From contig CAVNZM010000002.1 in assembly GCA_963693365.1 (NCBI GenBank), forward strand, positions 11,154,328 through 11,218,327: a DNA stretch of 64,000 nt, given 5' to 3'. Both the position numbers and the translations under genes were made by a program. This DNA comes from Amoebidium appalachense (Eukaryota; Protista; Ichthyosporea). The notes under the pieces were generated by a model, which searched no databases, was not told the origin of the DNA, and was given only the letters and a program-made list of their open reading frames with translations. Below, one piece after another: positions 1 through 23,698 of this stretch. Each line of letters starts with the position of its first letter. The stretch's first letter is position 1.

Positions 1-10130
<10,130 letters not shown>

Positions 10131-11218
10131 TTTAGCTTGTAACGAAAAATAACATTGCCTTATAAGTTGATTGTGATTTTCAGGTGTGATACAGTACCCA
10201 CTACTCACAACAGACCGTTCTCTGAAACATATATCCACTCCCCAGGCTTCCTGGGAAGTTTGGACCAGCCGCTCCAAAAATCACCTATACACATACGTGA
10301 TATTAGAGAGCATATGTTCTAATGTCTCTTAAAATGGCTTTTTGGGCTATTTTAAACAATAGCGGGGGTAAAAATACCAAAATCTAAGACGAGCAGGCTA
10401 TTAGTTCACACAGCACCCAAAACACCTGCCTATTTTGGGTCACGCACCGGATTACCCAAGGGGGCTGCCAACTGGCCCAGTTTGGCGTAGGCTAGAGTGC
10501 TGGGGATCACTGTGGGATCACTGCAAGACGATTTTATATTAGTACAAATACATTAAAAAAAATTGATACTAAATTAAATAAACAATAGAATAAATATGGT
10601 ATAGACTTTATTTTGTGGCGTTGACATTGACTTGCCTGGCCACGTACGGGCCACGAGTTTACTGAGCCGCTTCGCGTTGATCTAATATCTAAATATCTAG
10701 ATTGTTAAATTTACGTATAAAACTTCCGCAATCCGATCGATCTGTTAAATGTTTAAAGTTTGCATAAAATCTAAGATCGATTTCGATCCTCTTCCAGATG
10801 GGCGCATTTGGTAAGGGGGGGGGGTCTTCTAGATGTCTGGGATGAGACGATTGGTCCTTGGAACTCGCCTAAATATCTTTTATCCAATAGAATTGCGATC
10901 TACAATCGAGATAATTCACTTTCTAAATTGCTCTACGCGAATCGAGCAGACTTTTAGATATTTAGAGAACGGCGTTGGTTCTGATTCTAGATCAACGCGA
11001 AGCGACTCAGTGAATCGTCGTCATCTGTGTAAGGCATTCCAATGATCTGAAAGCCTCGATTCCGATCTCTGGTTACCCTATCACAGCAGTGAAGCTCATT
11101 CCATCCAGATCCAATCTTCAAGAATACCTGCCAGTCCGGTAGTTTATCATACTTGGCTTCCGCGGCTGTGTGCCGGCTGGGCAGGGCGACACATGCGAAT
11201 GGGTCGCCTCAGTTCTGT

Positions 11219-11225
11219 CCTTTCC
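11219..11225 (+). promoter_or_regulatory. Candidate 5'TOP/TCT pyrimidine initiator of RPS8
   Basis: CCTTTCC lies about 30 nt upstream of the RPS8 ATG. Pyrimidine-tract starts are typical of ribosomal protein genes. The transcription start was not observed. Confidence 0.4.
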
Positions 11226-11255
11226 GCCGTCGATCTCGTGACGTGACGAACGACA

Positions 11256-14200
11256 ATGGGTAAATTTCCCATCCAAACAATTTCTCTCTCTCCCTCCCTT
11301 CCTTTCCCTCTATCTATCAACAGGTTACCGGCTACGCTACCAGGAGGATGCAGGCAGGCAGAGAGGGACGATGGAGATCGGATGATGGTGGATTCTGGAG
11401 GGATGGATATGGGTGCTGATAGGATACTTAGTAGACGGAACTATACGGCACCGATGGCGAAATATGACCAACATGGCATTTCGAAATGGGCGATGTGGTT
11501 GAGACTTACTTGGTTCGTAAATGTACGACAGGGTGCCAGCTTTATGTGTGCAGCATACGACGTCGTCACGACGGGTTTCTGGGCTAGTTCTCAAGTTTGC
11601 AAATTGAGGCAGATCATATTTATTTTGACATATACACGTACAGGATCAGAATTTCATTAGTTGGGGGTCGGTATATGCACGAACCGTACCCACATGTTTG
11701 CTTGTACGACGAAATCAATACACTGTGGTGCGGCTTTTTTTTTTGGCGTCTCAGCATCGAGGTGAACAGCTACAGAGCTAGCAGGAGCGTGAACGCCCAG
11801 AGTGGTTGTCGGAACAGGTGCTTACAGGAAAGGAGTGGGATTTTGAAGTATGTGGATATGCCCAGCCAACAGAACATCAGACAAGATTAGGCCTGTTGTG
11901 GCCCACTCTTTGCGTGTCTACACAGCGAGTAGAATGCATCATTTTCCGGTGAAGGTGATAATGGTGGGAGGTGATTTGGTGCAGGTTTCTCCTTCCATTT
12001 TTCTAGGCGTCACCTGGTCATATGAAGGTTTAGGGTTGAAACTCTGTTCTGGCTGGCTGCCAGGGGTGTGGTGTGGCGTACTGATGCACGCCGCCGTGCA
12101 GGGATCAGTCGCGATAAGTGGCATAAGCGCCGGGCCACCGGTGGCAAGCGGGTGCCCATCCGCAAGAAGAGAAAGTTCGAGCTCGGGCGCCCTGCTGCCA
12201 TGACCAAGCTCGGGGCCAAGCGCATCCACGAGGTGCGCACCATGGGCGGGAACAAGAAGTTCCGTGCCCTCCGCCTCGACACGGGCAACTTCTCTTGGGG
12301 CTCTGAGTGTAAGTATACACTGGGTGTGCATCTGGGGGCGAGTGGGGGTGCAGAGGGGCTATGCACGTGCTCCTTGGGTGGGGTTGGGGGTGGGACGCAG
12401 ATAGACGATGCGAATGTTGCTTGTGTGTGCTCGGCAGGAGTGGTGTGAAGAGAAGCTACACACGTGCACTGCAGAAGCGTTCACAAATGCATGATGCGCC
12501 TACTAATCACTAAAGCAAGATACGTCTCGGACATGCTTGCTTTGGTGTTGTTGCACAATTGCACTACGAGTCACATACATGAGCTGATGCAATACGTGGG
12601 CACGCACACAAGCGCACTCGCACGACGCACACACACAAACCAGCAGGAAAGCTTGCTGGCACACAACACACGGGTGCAGGGCGTATAGGTGCTGAGTCTT
12701 TGCAGATGACAGTGTGTTGGTGTATGTTTGTAGGAATCCCCACGGTGCCCGCACAGCGCATGCTTGCTTGCATGGGTGTGTTCCATGCATTATTATCATT
12801 GTGTCATTGTTATTTTTATATTTAAATTAGTTTATCCAAACGCCTCCTGCATAGTTTGGCACTCCCTTTCCGCCCTCTTGGGCAAGCACCACACACAACA
12901 ATGAATTCACCCGCACGTGGTAACGGGTGTGTGTGCACAGCCGTGACCAGGAAGACCCGCATCATCGGTGTGGTGTACAACGCCAGCAACAACGAGTTGG
13001 TGCGCACCAACACGCTTGTGAAGAGCGCCGTGATCCAGGTCGATGCCACCCCCTTCCGCCAGTACTACGAGGCCCACTATGGTATCCCCCTGGGCCGCAA
13101 GAAGGGCTCTGCTGTTGCCGAGGACGACCAGCTCAACAAGAAGCGCTCCAACCACGTTAAGGTGTGTGCCTGTTACGTGCATGCAATGTGTTTGTCTGTG
13201 TGCGTGCAATGTGTACATCTGTATCTGTGGTGTGCGTGCCTGTGCTTTGCTTGGCCTCTGTCGGTGCCCAGGTCTGTTCTGCATGCATGCATGTGTTCCC
13301 AAGGTCTGCGTGCATGCGATGTGTCTTTTGTGTGCCTGTGCTTTGGTTGGTGTGTGTTGGTGCCCAAGGCTCTGTGCATGCGTGCCCGTGCCTAGTGTGT
13401 TTGCGTTCATGCTGGAGTGTATGTTCGAGGGTCCTGTTGCGTTTGGTGGGTGTGCCTTTAGCTACATGTGTGAATGGTGCGTGCTTGCATAAAACCCTGT
13501 CACTACACGATGTGTCGACAATGCATGGCTTCTGTGTGTATGCAAGCGTTTGTTCTGGTATGTTTCATGTGTGCTGCGCCTGAACACATTCACACAGGCT
13601 GCGGTCTGATTTTTGCATGTGGTGTAGGGTCTCCTATGTTGCCCCTCACGCTGACGTATCACTCATGTGCACTACCCAATTTTGCGTGCTTGGGGGAGGG
13701 GGTGGTTATCGGGCAGCCCTGGGGGGTTGTTTGCCCTCGGAAGAGCATGACTGCAGGGTCTACGTGTGTGGTGTGGTAGATCGGCTTTAAGTTGGCATGG
13801 GTGGTGGTGGTTGGTGCAGAGAATGTTGTGTACACAGGAAGCATGGCTGTGGGTGGGGGCATTGTAAGGTCATCTCAGCTGCAGGTTTCTGTGTGCGCGC
13901 TCTGGGCCAATTATGACGAGTTTGAGGGGCAACGGTTGGGGCCGTGATGCTTGCTTAGGGATGGTTGCGGTGTGAAGGATTATGCTTTGTGCGCATGGGT
14001 GGGCCAGGACAGGGTGTTTATCCTGCCATCTCGTGGGGTATGATAAGAAGTAAGGACTTGCAGGTACTGGGGTTAGATGCCCTGCGGGGCACAGTGCTTT
14101 GCAGACACACATTAGAGCACGGGCGTGGGGGTAGGTAGGGCTTCAATGAAGGGGGGGGGGGTAAGGGAAAGAATAGGCTTCGTGCAAGTTTCTTGAAGGC

Positions 14201-14604
14201 ATTGGCGCGTAGTTTTGTCAATTTTGACATTCTTGAAATCAGGCAGCGCTGTGCTTTTGATTCATGGATGTGGGCTGGCAGGCCACGGGGGGAGGGGGTT
14301 GTATTCATGTGATGTTTTGCTCGTGTATGGGGAAGAATGGTCCCCACGGGGCGGAGAGGGTCATCAGGTGTGTCACCGTGTGTGGTCGGTGCGTATTTCT
14401 TACTGTTGTTGCACACAGCGCACGCTTGAGGCACGCAAGGCGCTGTCCAAGGTGGACCCGCACGTGGAGCAGCAGTTCCAGGCTGGTCGCCTGTACGCCG
14501 TCATCAGCAGCCGGCCAGGCCAGAGCGGCCGGGCTGACGGCTACATCCTCGAGGGCAAGGAGCTGGACTTCTACCTGAAGAAGCTGCGCTCCCACAAGCA
14601 CTAG
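11256..14604 (+). CDS. RPS8: 40S ribosomal protein S8 (eS8), 4 exons, 205 aa
   Basis: Exons 11256-11259 (ATGG|GT), 12102-12308, 12941-13161 and 14419-14604 total 618 nt in frame: [18 protein letters not shown]...[17 protein letters not shown]...[17 protein letters not shown]...[23 protein letters not shown]. Confidence 0.98.
12488..12593 (+). ncRNA. Candidate intronic snoRNA in RPS8 intron 2
   Basis: C-like box ATGATGC (12491) and D box CTGA (12584) flanked by TGCA/TGCA. Internal 12-bp stem CACTAAAGCAAG/CTTGCTTTGGTG and a second stem ATTGCA/TGCAAT. RPS8 introns host snoRNAs in vertebrates. I found no convincing rRNA guide. Confidence 0.35.
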
Positions 14605-14689
14605 GTGGCTCGTGTGTAGCTGCAAAATATATAGTTCCGTCCCGGAAAGACATGTGCAAAGTGTGTCCTGGGTCCTCGGTGTGTGTGTT

Positions 14690-14720
<31 letters not shown>

Positions 14721-14856
14721 GGGTGTCTGGCAGTGGGTGTTTTGTGGTGCTCGTGAGAGGAAGCAGGCTTTTCGTGTGGTTGTGGCAGGTGGAGTGGTGT
14801 GACTCTGCAAACGAAGGCAGAAGATGTGGGTTTTTGTTGGTGTGTGTGTGCTTTTT

Positions 14857-14887
<31 letters not shown>

Positions 14888-14961
14888 GGGGGGGGGGGGG
14901 ATGTTCACCTGCCGGAAGGGGGGATTTGCGGTGAAAAATGTTCTTTTTTTGTGTGTGTTTT

Positions 14962-14992
<31 letters not shown>

Positions 14993-16188
14993 GTTCATGG
15001 AGCAAAAAGGGTCACCCTAATCGAAGTGCAGTATGACTGCCCTGTTGCCCGCTTACGGACAAACTCACCCGAATCTAACGAGGGAGCAAGGCCAAGGATC
15101 CAAGGTGCACCGAGGGCAGGTCTATAAACTGCCAGTAATCGTTGGTGCTATTTTTTCCCTCGTCTCGTTTCCGTAGCCGTGTGGTGGCTGCATAGATGGG
15201 TACTGTGTTCGCCCCTCTGGCCCGAGATAAGGATCACCCGCCTCTTATGTATGTAACAGCTTCTTAGACTACTGGCTACTATATTAGCCGGCGTGCACAT
15301 ACTACATATGTCGTGTGCAGAGTTTAGAAGTCTTTCACAGGCTGATAGTTTTTGGTTGTGCCATCACAGTGACTGCCAAATTGAACACTTTTTGTAAAAC
15401 TGTCATCGGTCGTCGGGTCATATCAATGTGAAGTCAAGAAACAATTTTTTTTTCGGTGTTTCTGCGAATATCATAGAGTATCGTACATGTGTTGTGATAT
15501 TCCGTCTTGTTTTTTTGGTAGTCTATATTGACGATTTGTGAGGTCTGTAAACTACAATACGTGTGAATTCCAGTCATATTGGATTCAATTGCCAACAGGA
15601 CAAATCGTTCGTGTGCGTTATATGAAGACCTGAATTCAGGGGGCTGGCCGTGGGCAAATGGTGTGCGAGTGATATTACTCATAACCGTGGTACAGGTGCA
15701 CGTGTGGGGCATTTGTTCGTGTGTGTACATGCGCGGGTGGCTGGATGGGTGGTGACATGTATGTGCTGTGTGCGTTTATGGGTGGATAGGTGGTGGTGGT
15801 GGTAGGATGGGGGGGGGGGGGGGGGGGTCACTGGTCCTGATTTAGTTGGAAACACTGAATTTGCAAGAAGAATAGGAATTTTTGCATGCCATTTTACACA
15901 AGGACTAATTAAGCGACTTCACATTTTACAGGTTTTTATCATTTTAGCGCCAGCGCTTCGCCTTGCACACTTAAACCATCACCATAAAACGTAAAATGCG
16001 GTAGACTCGGAAATTGAAAGCAGCACAGCTGCAGTAAAGCTTAGTAATTACCAAAGTTTTACATGGTTTATCCCGCACAATCCCTTTCATTTCGGCCTAC
16101 AGCATGTCCATATGTAACCATACATTTTCAAGCACCACTTATTTTACAAGGATTGCCAATAGTTAGTCTAGATCTACAGTATGTCACT

Positions 16189-16229
16189 TAGTCTGCAACT
16201 GTGGAAAGCATTTCCACAGTTGCAGACTA
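16189..16229. repeat. Perfect 19-bp inverted repeat with a 3-nt loop
   Basis: TAGTCTGCAACTGTGGAAA-GCA-TTTCCACAGTTGCAGACTA, read directly. Confidence 0.9.
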
Positions 16230-16738
16230 TGTCGTTGGTAATAAATACTCAATTCCTAAGCCCTTAGTAAATAATCACAGTGGAATCGATTTCACTGGAT
16301 CCCCTAAATTCGTCTGAACAGGTGTCTAGATTTATAATTAAAGTATATCAGTGGCCCGTAAGATTCCAAAACCAGGCCAATTGACAATCCGACAAACACG
16401 TGCCTGTCCTGCAGCAGTAGATATTTGAGAAACCGTCCTTCGAGTATATGTAGTGGGCTCAAACCGCCGACACAATCAAATAACACCGCCTACAGTAGAA
16501 AAATTTAATCTCACGAATATTGTAAACATGTGCAACATGCATGTCCCATTGTCACGCAACACTCAGGCCTTCGAAACTAATGTTGAATTCTCGCCAGTTT
16601 AGAAGTTGCATGCAAGTGCAAGCAAAAAGAAAATCAGACCAAACATATGAGATACCGTCACATACAAGGCCTACAGCATCACCATCCCCTCGTAGTAACT
16701 GTTACATACTTCTGCTTTCCGTATCCAATAAATCAGAA

Positions 16739-16773
<35 letters not shown>

Positions 16774-16831
16774 GGGGGGGAGGGGGGGATAAAGAGATGG
16801 GGGGGGGGGGGGGCTTAATGATGAAATTTCA

Positions 16832-17199
16832 TCACTTTGTGCGGTCCAACTCCTGCAAATACTTCTCCCAGTAGGGGGGCAGGGCACCCCACGGGTTATC
16901 CACGGCCGTCCTCTGCACCACATAGTGGTGACGTATCTTGTTCTTGCGCGCGTCAGAAAGCGTCTGCCAGGCCTGCGACTCGCTGGCACTGTGGGTCAAT
17001 GGGACGTGGCGTCAGGCAACCATATTTGGTTATGACGGAACAGTGTTACAGGCTTGCACTTTGATGGGCATAAATCAAGGGGTTCTTTTGCCCGAGTTAA
17101 AATATGGTCTGCTTGCGAATGAAAATCGAGAGACGCGGAGGGGGGGGGGCGGGGGGAGGGGGTGGTGGTGGTGGTGGTGGTAGTGGTGGTGGTGGTGGT

Positions 17200-17244
<45 letters not shown>

Positions 17245-18144
17245 CTCCCTGCACAGGGACTCGGGAAAAGCATGGAGGGGGGAGGGGAGGAGGGGGGAGG
17301 GGGGGGGGGGGGTTGCAGATGGAAGGGAGGCAGCCGCCAAAGCCTAACGGACAGGGGATAGGGTTGAGGGGTGCAAAGTGTAGACACGTTTTACATGCAC
17401 TTCGCTGGGAATGAAGCACGTGGGCAGGCAGGTTCGAGGAGTAGGGGGGAGGAAGCAGGGGGGGGGGGGCAGGAGGAGGGGTGGGGGGGGAGGGGGGGGA
17501 GGGGGGGGGGAGACCGGGGGGGTGGGGTGGGGGGGGGGGGGGGGGGGGGGAGGTAAAGCACCTGTAGACCAGGGTGCCAGCCATAGACTTTCCATTTTGG
17601 GACGCCTGCATGAAGGGCTCAATGCCGTCGTGGTTGGGCACATACTGCGATGGGTGAGACCAGATTAGATGCAGATTACGAATTTATGAGTTCTAATTAC
17701 ATACATAGATGATTTGTACACGTAGCTAAGCAGGTGATGCCTAGGCAACGGGTGAGAGGGTCGATCTCAACATAACGAGAGGGCTGTTAAAATAGGCTCC
17801 TCCCGCACAAAACAAGTTTCACTCTAACTCTGTTGCCTTTTACGTTTTCTAATCTCCTGCATATTGGTGATTGTGGTGGTGCCATTGGGTGCGCTGATGG
17901 TGACTTATGTATGTGTGAGCCTCTGAGTGTGCGAGTGTGCTTTTTTTTTGAGGGCAAAGGGAGAAGGGAGGGTTGCAAGTTGGGCGGGTTGGTGGGTGGG
18001 TGGGGGGTTGGGGGGAGGGAGGGGGCGGGGGCGGGCGCAGGGGGGGGAGGGGGAAGAGGGGGATAATCACAATCTTACCGAGCAGTATGGGCCTGGGCCG
18101 TAGGTGCCGTACTGAGTAGTCCACAGGAGAGACAGGCAGCCGGC

Positions 18145-18194
<50 letters not shown>

Positions 18195-18199
18195 TGTGT

Positions 18200-18234
<35 letters not shown>

Positions 18235-19025
18235 AATGCGCTTTTGTAAATTTGGTGCGAAAAGCTTGTGGGGGACGGGGAGGGGAGAAATAGAGAAAGT
18301 GAGCCATTGAATCAAATCATCATCAGGCTCTATGCCATGTTTCCAACTTATTTGACACGAGAGTACACTGATTGAACTGGGAATCACTGGATTGGGTACG
18401 TGGCTGTGGGGCCCTGACTGACCAACCAGAGAGAGAGGGGGGAGAGAGGGGAGGGGAGGGGGGGGGGGGGGGGGGGGGGGGGAAAGGGGGGCAAGGGGGA
18501 GGGGGAGGGGGGGGGGGGGGGGAGAGGGAGGGGGAGAGTTGAAAGGGGAGACTAAAGCGAATCCGAATCGGAGGCGGTACAATGGATAATATCCAATGAT
18601 TTCAAATACTGTGTGCGTGGGAGGTGGATGGGGGGAGGGGGTGGCTTGGTGCGGATGTGAAAGACGAGGGTGAGGGTGAGGGCGAGAAGAGAGAGAGAGA
18701 GAGAGAGGGAAAGGGGGAGAGGGGAGGGACGGAGAGGGAGAGAAAGAGAGTGAAAGAGAGAGAACAGAGACTGTGTGTGTGTACGTGTGTGTGTGTTTGG
18801 GGGAGGGGAGGGGGGAGTTAGCGGGGGAGGGCTTGCTCACATTGTGGCATCCATCCGTCAATACTTGTCTCATAGACGACCACCTCATCCACCGGCTTTG
18901 CTACTCTCGAGTTGACCTTCCACACCTCGTTGGGGGGTGTACCGCCAACATTGTACACGATCATGTCGTTGGGCCCCTTGGTGCGGATATAGTTGATGAT
19001 CTGTGTGTGCGTGTATGCGTGCGTG

Positions 19026-19100
<75 letters not shown>

Positions 19101-20123
19101 AGGTAACAGGAGAGCAACGGAAGGTGAGATTTAGACAATCAGGGACACTGGGGGGGGGGGGGGGGGGGGGGAGGGAGGTGGGGATGAGCTAGGGGGGAGC
19201 GGAGAGAGAGAGGGGGGAGGGGGGGGGGGGGGGGGAGGGATGGGAGCTTGCCTCCCGGAGCTAATATCGATTTGGAGAGAAGATGCATGCATTGGATGGA
19301 TTATGAGCTGTCAGGCTACGTTTTTTCGTTCCATCGGTTAGCCGTGCAGTGTGGTTGAATGGTGTGCACTGTGTTGATGTGAAATGGATGCATGTATTCT
19401 TGCCAGCTTGTGCCTATATATGGGCATGTGATGGCTGCATGCATGCATGCACATGGGTTCATGTTCTGTGCCTGCATGTACACGTACGTGTGCGCACGTG
19501 CAAACGGCATGCACGTGCACGTGCACTGTGTATTTTTTCCCATACCTCGACATAGTGGGACACGTGGTCGGCCCCCCATTGGTTGGTCTGCACCTGCCAC
19601 AGGTTGGACCCCTCGTCAATGAAGATTCCAGCAAACCCCGGCACCCCCGTGAACACGCGGTACCATTCGTCGATGTCGGCCTTGATCAGAGACATCTCCC
19701 TGCACGTGGGGATATTTTTAGCACTTTCCTTGTTTGGTATAGGTCTGTATTGCGGTGGGTATGCATGACTGATAGTGGTTAAAAAAAGCCATGCACCTTT
19801 GGTGTTTACAAACTGTGTTGAATACATATGGGTGGGGTTGGTGGATGTGTTGGGTTGTTGGGAAAGCAGAGGAAAAGAAAGAACAAGAGAGCAGAGGAAT
19901 ACGAAAAAAGGAAAAGGATAAGGAAACAAAAGGGGCAGGAGAGCGGAGGATAGCAGTGCATGCGGGCGGCTGTATGTGAACTGTTACAACATGAGTGTCA
20001 CATTGGACTTGTGTGCCTGTTTGTCAGCGGGAAAGATATTGGTTCATGGGTGGTTGAGCACGTGTGTGTCAAGCGTAACGACCTTTTCGTGTGTGTGTGT
20101 GTGTGTCTGCACGTGTGGTGGGA

Positions 20124-20162
<39 letters not shown>

Positions 20163-20799
20163 CTGTTATTTCACACCTCAGGCCAGTTTGAGTCCAGGAG
20201 CCCTCGTTTGCGTTGTAGCTCGTCTTCTTTGTGTAGATGTAGCCAATCACCTTGGCTCCGTGGTTCCCGATGAACCGCATGCATGCCTGCACGTGTGTAG
20301 GTGTTGTGTGTGTGTGTGCAGGAGTTGGGTAGAGGATGAAGGGGTGGTGGTGGTGCTGGTGGGGGAGGGGTGGAGGGGAGGGAGGGGGAGGAGGGGGAGG
20401 AGGGTGAGGGGGAAGGGGAGGGGGGAGAGGGGGAGGGGGGGTTATTAGAAGGTGGATTACGGGCCAGAGGTGGGTGGCAATTCTGGTTGCTGGATATCAG
20501 TGGGTGGCGGTGTTTGCGGTGATAGTGTTTTTTATAGGGTCTGTGTGTGGGAGGGGGGAGGGGGAGGGGGGAGGGGGGGGGGGGGGAGGAGGGGGGGTTG
20601 CTGGAAAACTTGACGCGAAGATCGGATATTTCCAACGAGCAGCGGAAGCGGGTGTGCCATCTTCATGATTTGCTAAGATTGGATGACTTTGGGTCGAGCT
20701 TGTTTTAGGGCCACGACTAGGGATGGGGGCTCCACGAACGAATTGTTCACATTGCGCGCGTGCACACACACACGCACGCACGCACACACACACGCACAT

Positions 20800-20849
<50 letters not shown>

Positions 20850-21000
20850 GCACACACACACACACCTACCCACCCACCCACACCTACACACCTACAACGC
20901 CACCCACACACAGACCCAGATCCCCCCCGCCCCCTCCCCCCCCCCCCCCCCCCCCCCACACACACACACCACCACCACCACCACCACCACCACACACCCA

Positions 21001-21098
<98 letters not shown>

Positions 21099-22617
21099 AG
21101 AAAAAAAAAAAACCCTCACCCACCTGCAGCTGCTTCTGTGCATATGCCGAGTTAGCCTTGCTGGATGCAAAGGGCCCATTGTTAATATTGACTATCACCA
21201 GGTTTGCCCCACAGCCCTTGGCCAGTCTCTTCCACTGTGCGCCTGTGCACGTGTTTCCTGACCCATCCGTCTCGGCACTGAGATAGAAGGGTACGAGCAC
21301 GGCCGGGCTGTTGGCTGGGGGGGTGGTGGACTTGTACAGACAGCAGTCGTTTGTGTTGACACAGGACTGCGTGGATGGACCCTGCGGGAAGGAGATTAAG
21401 TGTTGAGAGTGGGGGAGGGAGGGGGAGTAAGGGGGAGGGAGGAAGTGGAGGGGGAGGGAGGGGGGAGGGAGGGGGGAGGGGGGGGAGAGGCAGGGAGAGT
21501 GGGGTGGGTGGGTGGGTGGGTGGGTGGGGAGGGGGGAGGGGGGAGGGGGATGTGGATAAAGGTTACGAGTTGTATCTAATACCACTCCATTTTTCCTGCT
21601 TTTATTAAAGTGCAAATGGAAATGGTCATGGTTGTGTTTGGACAATGAACGGTGGCAGGAAATAGAGTGGGAACTTTGCACGAGGGGCCCGAAAAGAATG
21701 TGGTGGGGTGGTGATGGCGGGTTGGTGTGTGCATCTATGTGTGGGAGCATGTGTATGTCTTCGTGCATGCGGGGGAAGCAGAAAGGGGAAAATACCTGGC
21801 AAGTAGCACCACCGTTGCTAGGAGGTGGGTTTGTGCACGTGCGTGTGCTTGTCTGTGAGCCACACGTGCCCGTGCATGTGCCCCATGCCGACCACCCCCC
21901 GTTGATTGGGCCCACTGGCTGCACGTTCAACTTGGGCAGGCCAAAGACAAACGTGTCTCGGAGGGAGAAGGGATTGAGAACGGTGCTAGATGATGCTTGC
22001 TTGAGCCTGGGTGGGTGAAGGGAGGGGTGGGGTGAGTGAGAGGGAGGGGTGTGGGGGGGGGAGGGGTCAGTTGGGAGTGGGGGGGGGGGGGGGGGGGGGA
22101 GGTGCGAGAAAAGGGAGCCACAAGGATGTGGGATGGGAGGTGTGGGGCGGGATTGGGAGCTTGTGTGTGTGTGTGTGCCCACCTGCTTGTCTTTTTCCTG
22201 TGTGTGCATCTGCACATGTTTCTGTGCAGAAGACGGTAGGAGCAGGGGGTGGAAAGGGACACGGGAGAAGGAGAGGGGCAAAGTGTGGCCACTCACGTGC
22301 ATTTTGTGCCATCCCAGGTGAAAGCATTGCAGCTCGGTGTTGTGAGGCACAATGACTTGCATGCCTCCACCCGACTGGCTGTTGCCGTGGTGATGGCGTT
22401 GCCTGGGGCAGCGGCATTGACATAGCGCCGCCACCCAGCTGCACGTGGGGTGGTTGCCAAATTAGGGAGGTGGGAGCCAAATTAGGAAGGTGGGAGCAGT
22501 GCACATGTGCAAGGGTGTTGGGGGTGTGTATGGGCCACGGAGCTTTTGGTGTGGGTAGAGGGGCTTGAGCCTTACAAAAACATTCTGATGCAAACTCCCC
22601 CCCCCCCCCCCCCCCCC

Positions 22618-22653
<36 letters not shown>

Positions 22654-23049
22654 TCCATCATTCCCCGGCCGACGAACTAGACCACAACAAACCAGTAACA
22701 ATATATCACTTGTATGAGTTGGCTCATGGCTTCACCTTTTCTCCCGGCATAAAATGATGCCTGTGAACAAATTATGCACCCATTCTCACCCTCCACACGA
22801 GAAGATTTACATACAAGGGCACATAGGAGCAAACAGGCACATACACATCAACGTCTTCACGTGAGCACCCACCTGTCCTGTGGTCTACGCACCCCACACA
22901 CGTGCACTGTGTCCCGCACATTCCATTGGCTGAGCAGCACGGGGCAGCGCTGTCGGGGTTGCATTCCCCAGGACCCCCGGCCCAGGCCTCGTTGAATCGT
23001 CCACACTTGCCGTCAGCACGCCACCCTGTATGTGTGTGTGTGTGTGTGT

Positions 23050-23112
<63 letters not shown>

Positions 23113-23655
23113 ATTGTGCATTGTGCATGCATGAGTACGGATTTGCCTGTATGCAAGTCGGGTGTGTGTGTTGTGTTTGGTTCGAGGTGGAATACCACGA
23201 TTATGCACTATGCCCCCATCCATTTGCAACAAGCCAGATATCATCCATTTCTCTTCTGGACCAATCAGACATCACCAGTTTTGTCTGTGCCATGTTCCAA
23301 CTTTCGTCTTGCTTCAATCCCGGCAGCCTGAAGATTCAGATATCCCCTTGCGGCTCTTTCCCCCCCTCCCCCCTCCCCTCCCCCCTCCCCCCTCCCCCCC
23401 TCTCCACCATCTCCCCCCGAGCCCCCCACATATGGCAACCAAAAAAAGAAACATTGTGTACATGCTTCAAACATTAAAAGCTTGTCTTCCAATCACCCAC
23501 CCTCCTCCTTCATAGTGTTTTTCTATTACAAACTCCGTAACGTCATTCCCCTTCTTCCCCGTCCCCCAGCAAAAAACCAACAAAACTAACATCGGCCATC
23601 AATCCCCCCAATCTTCCCACACCCACAAAAACCGGCAAGAAACACACATGCACAT

Positions 23656-23698
<43 letters not shown>

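Noticed and set aside
13521-13531. ATGCATGGCTT, complementary to the 5' region of 18S rRNA, in RPS8 intron 3
   Set aside because: ATGCATG is very common in this genome, and no proper C/D boxes frame it.
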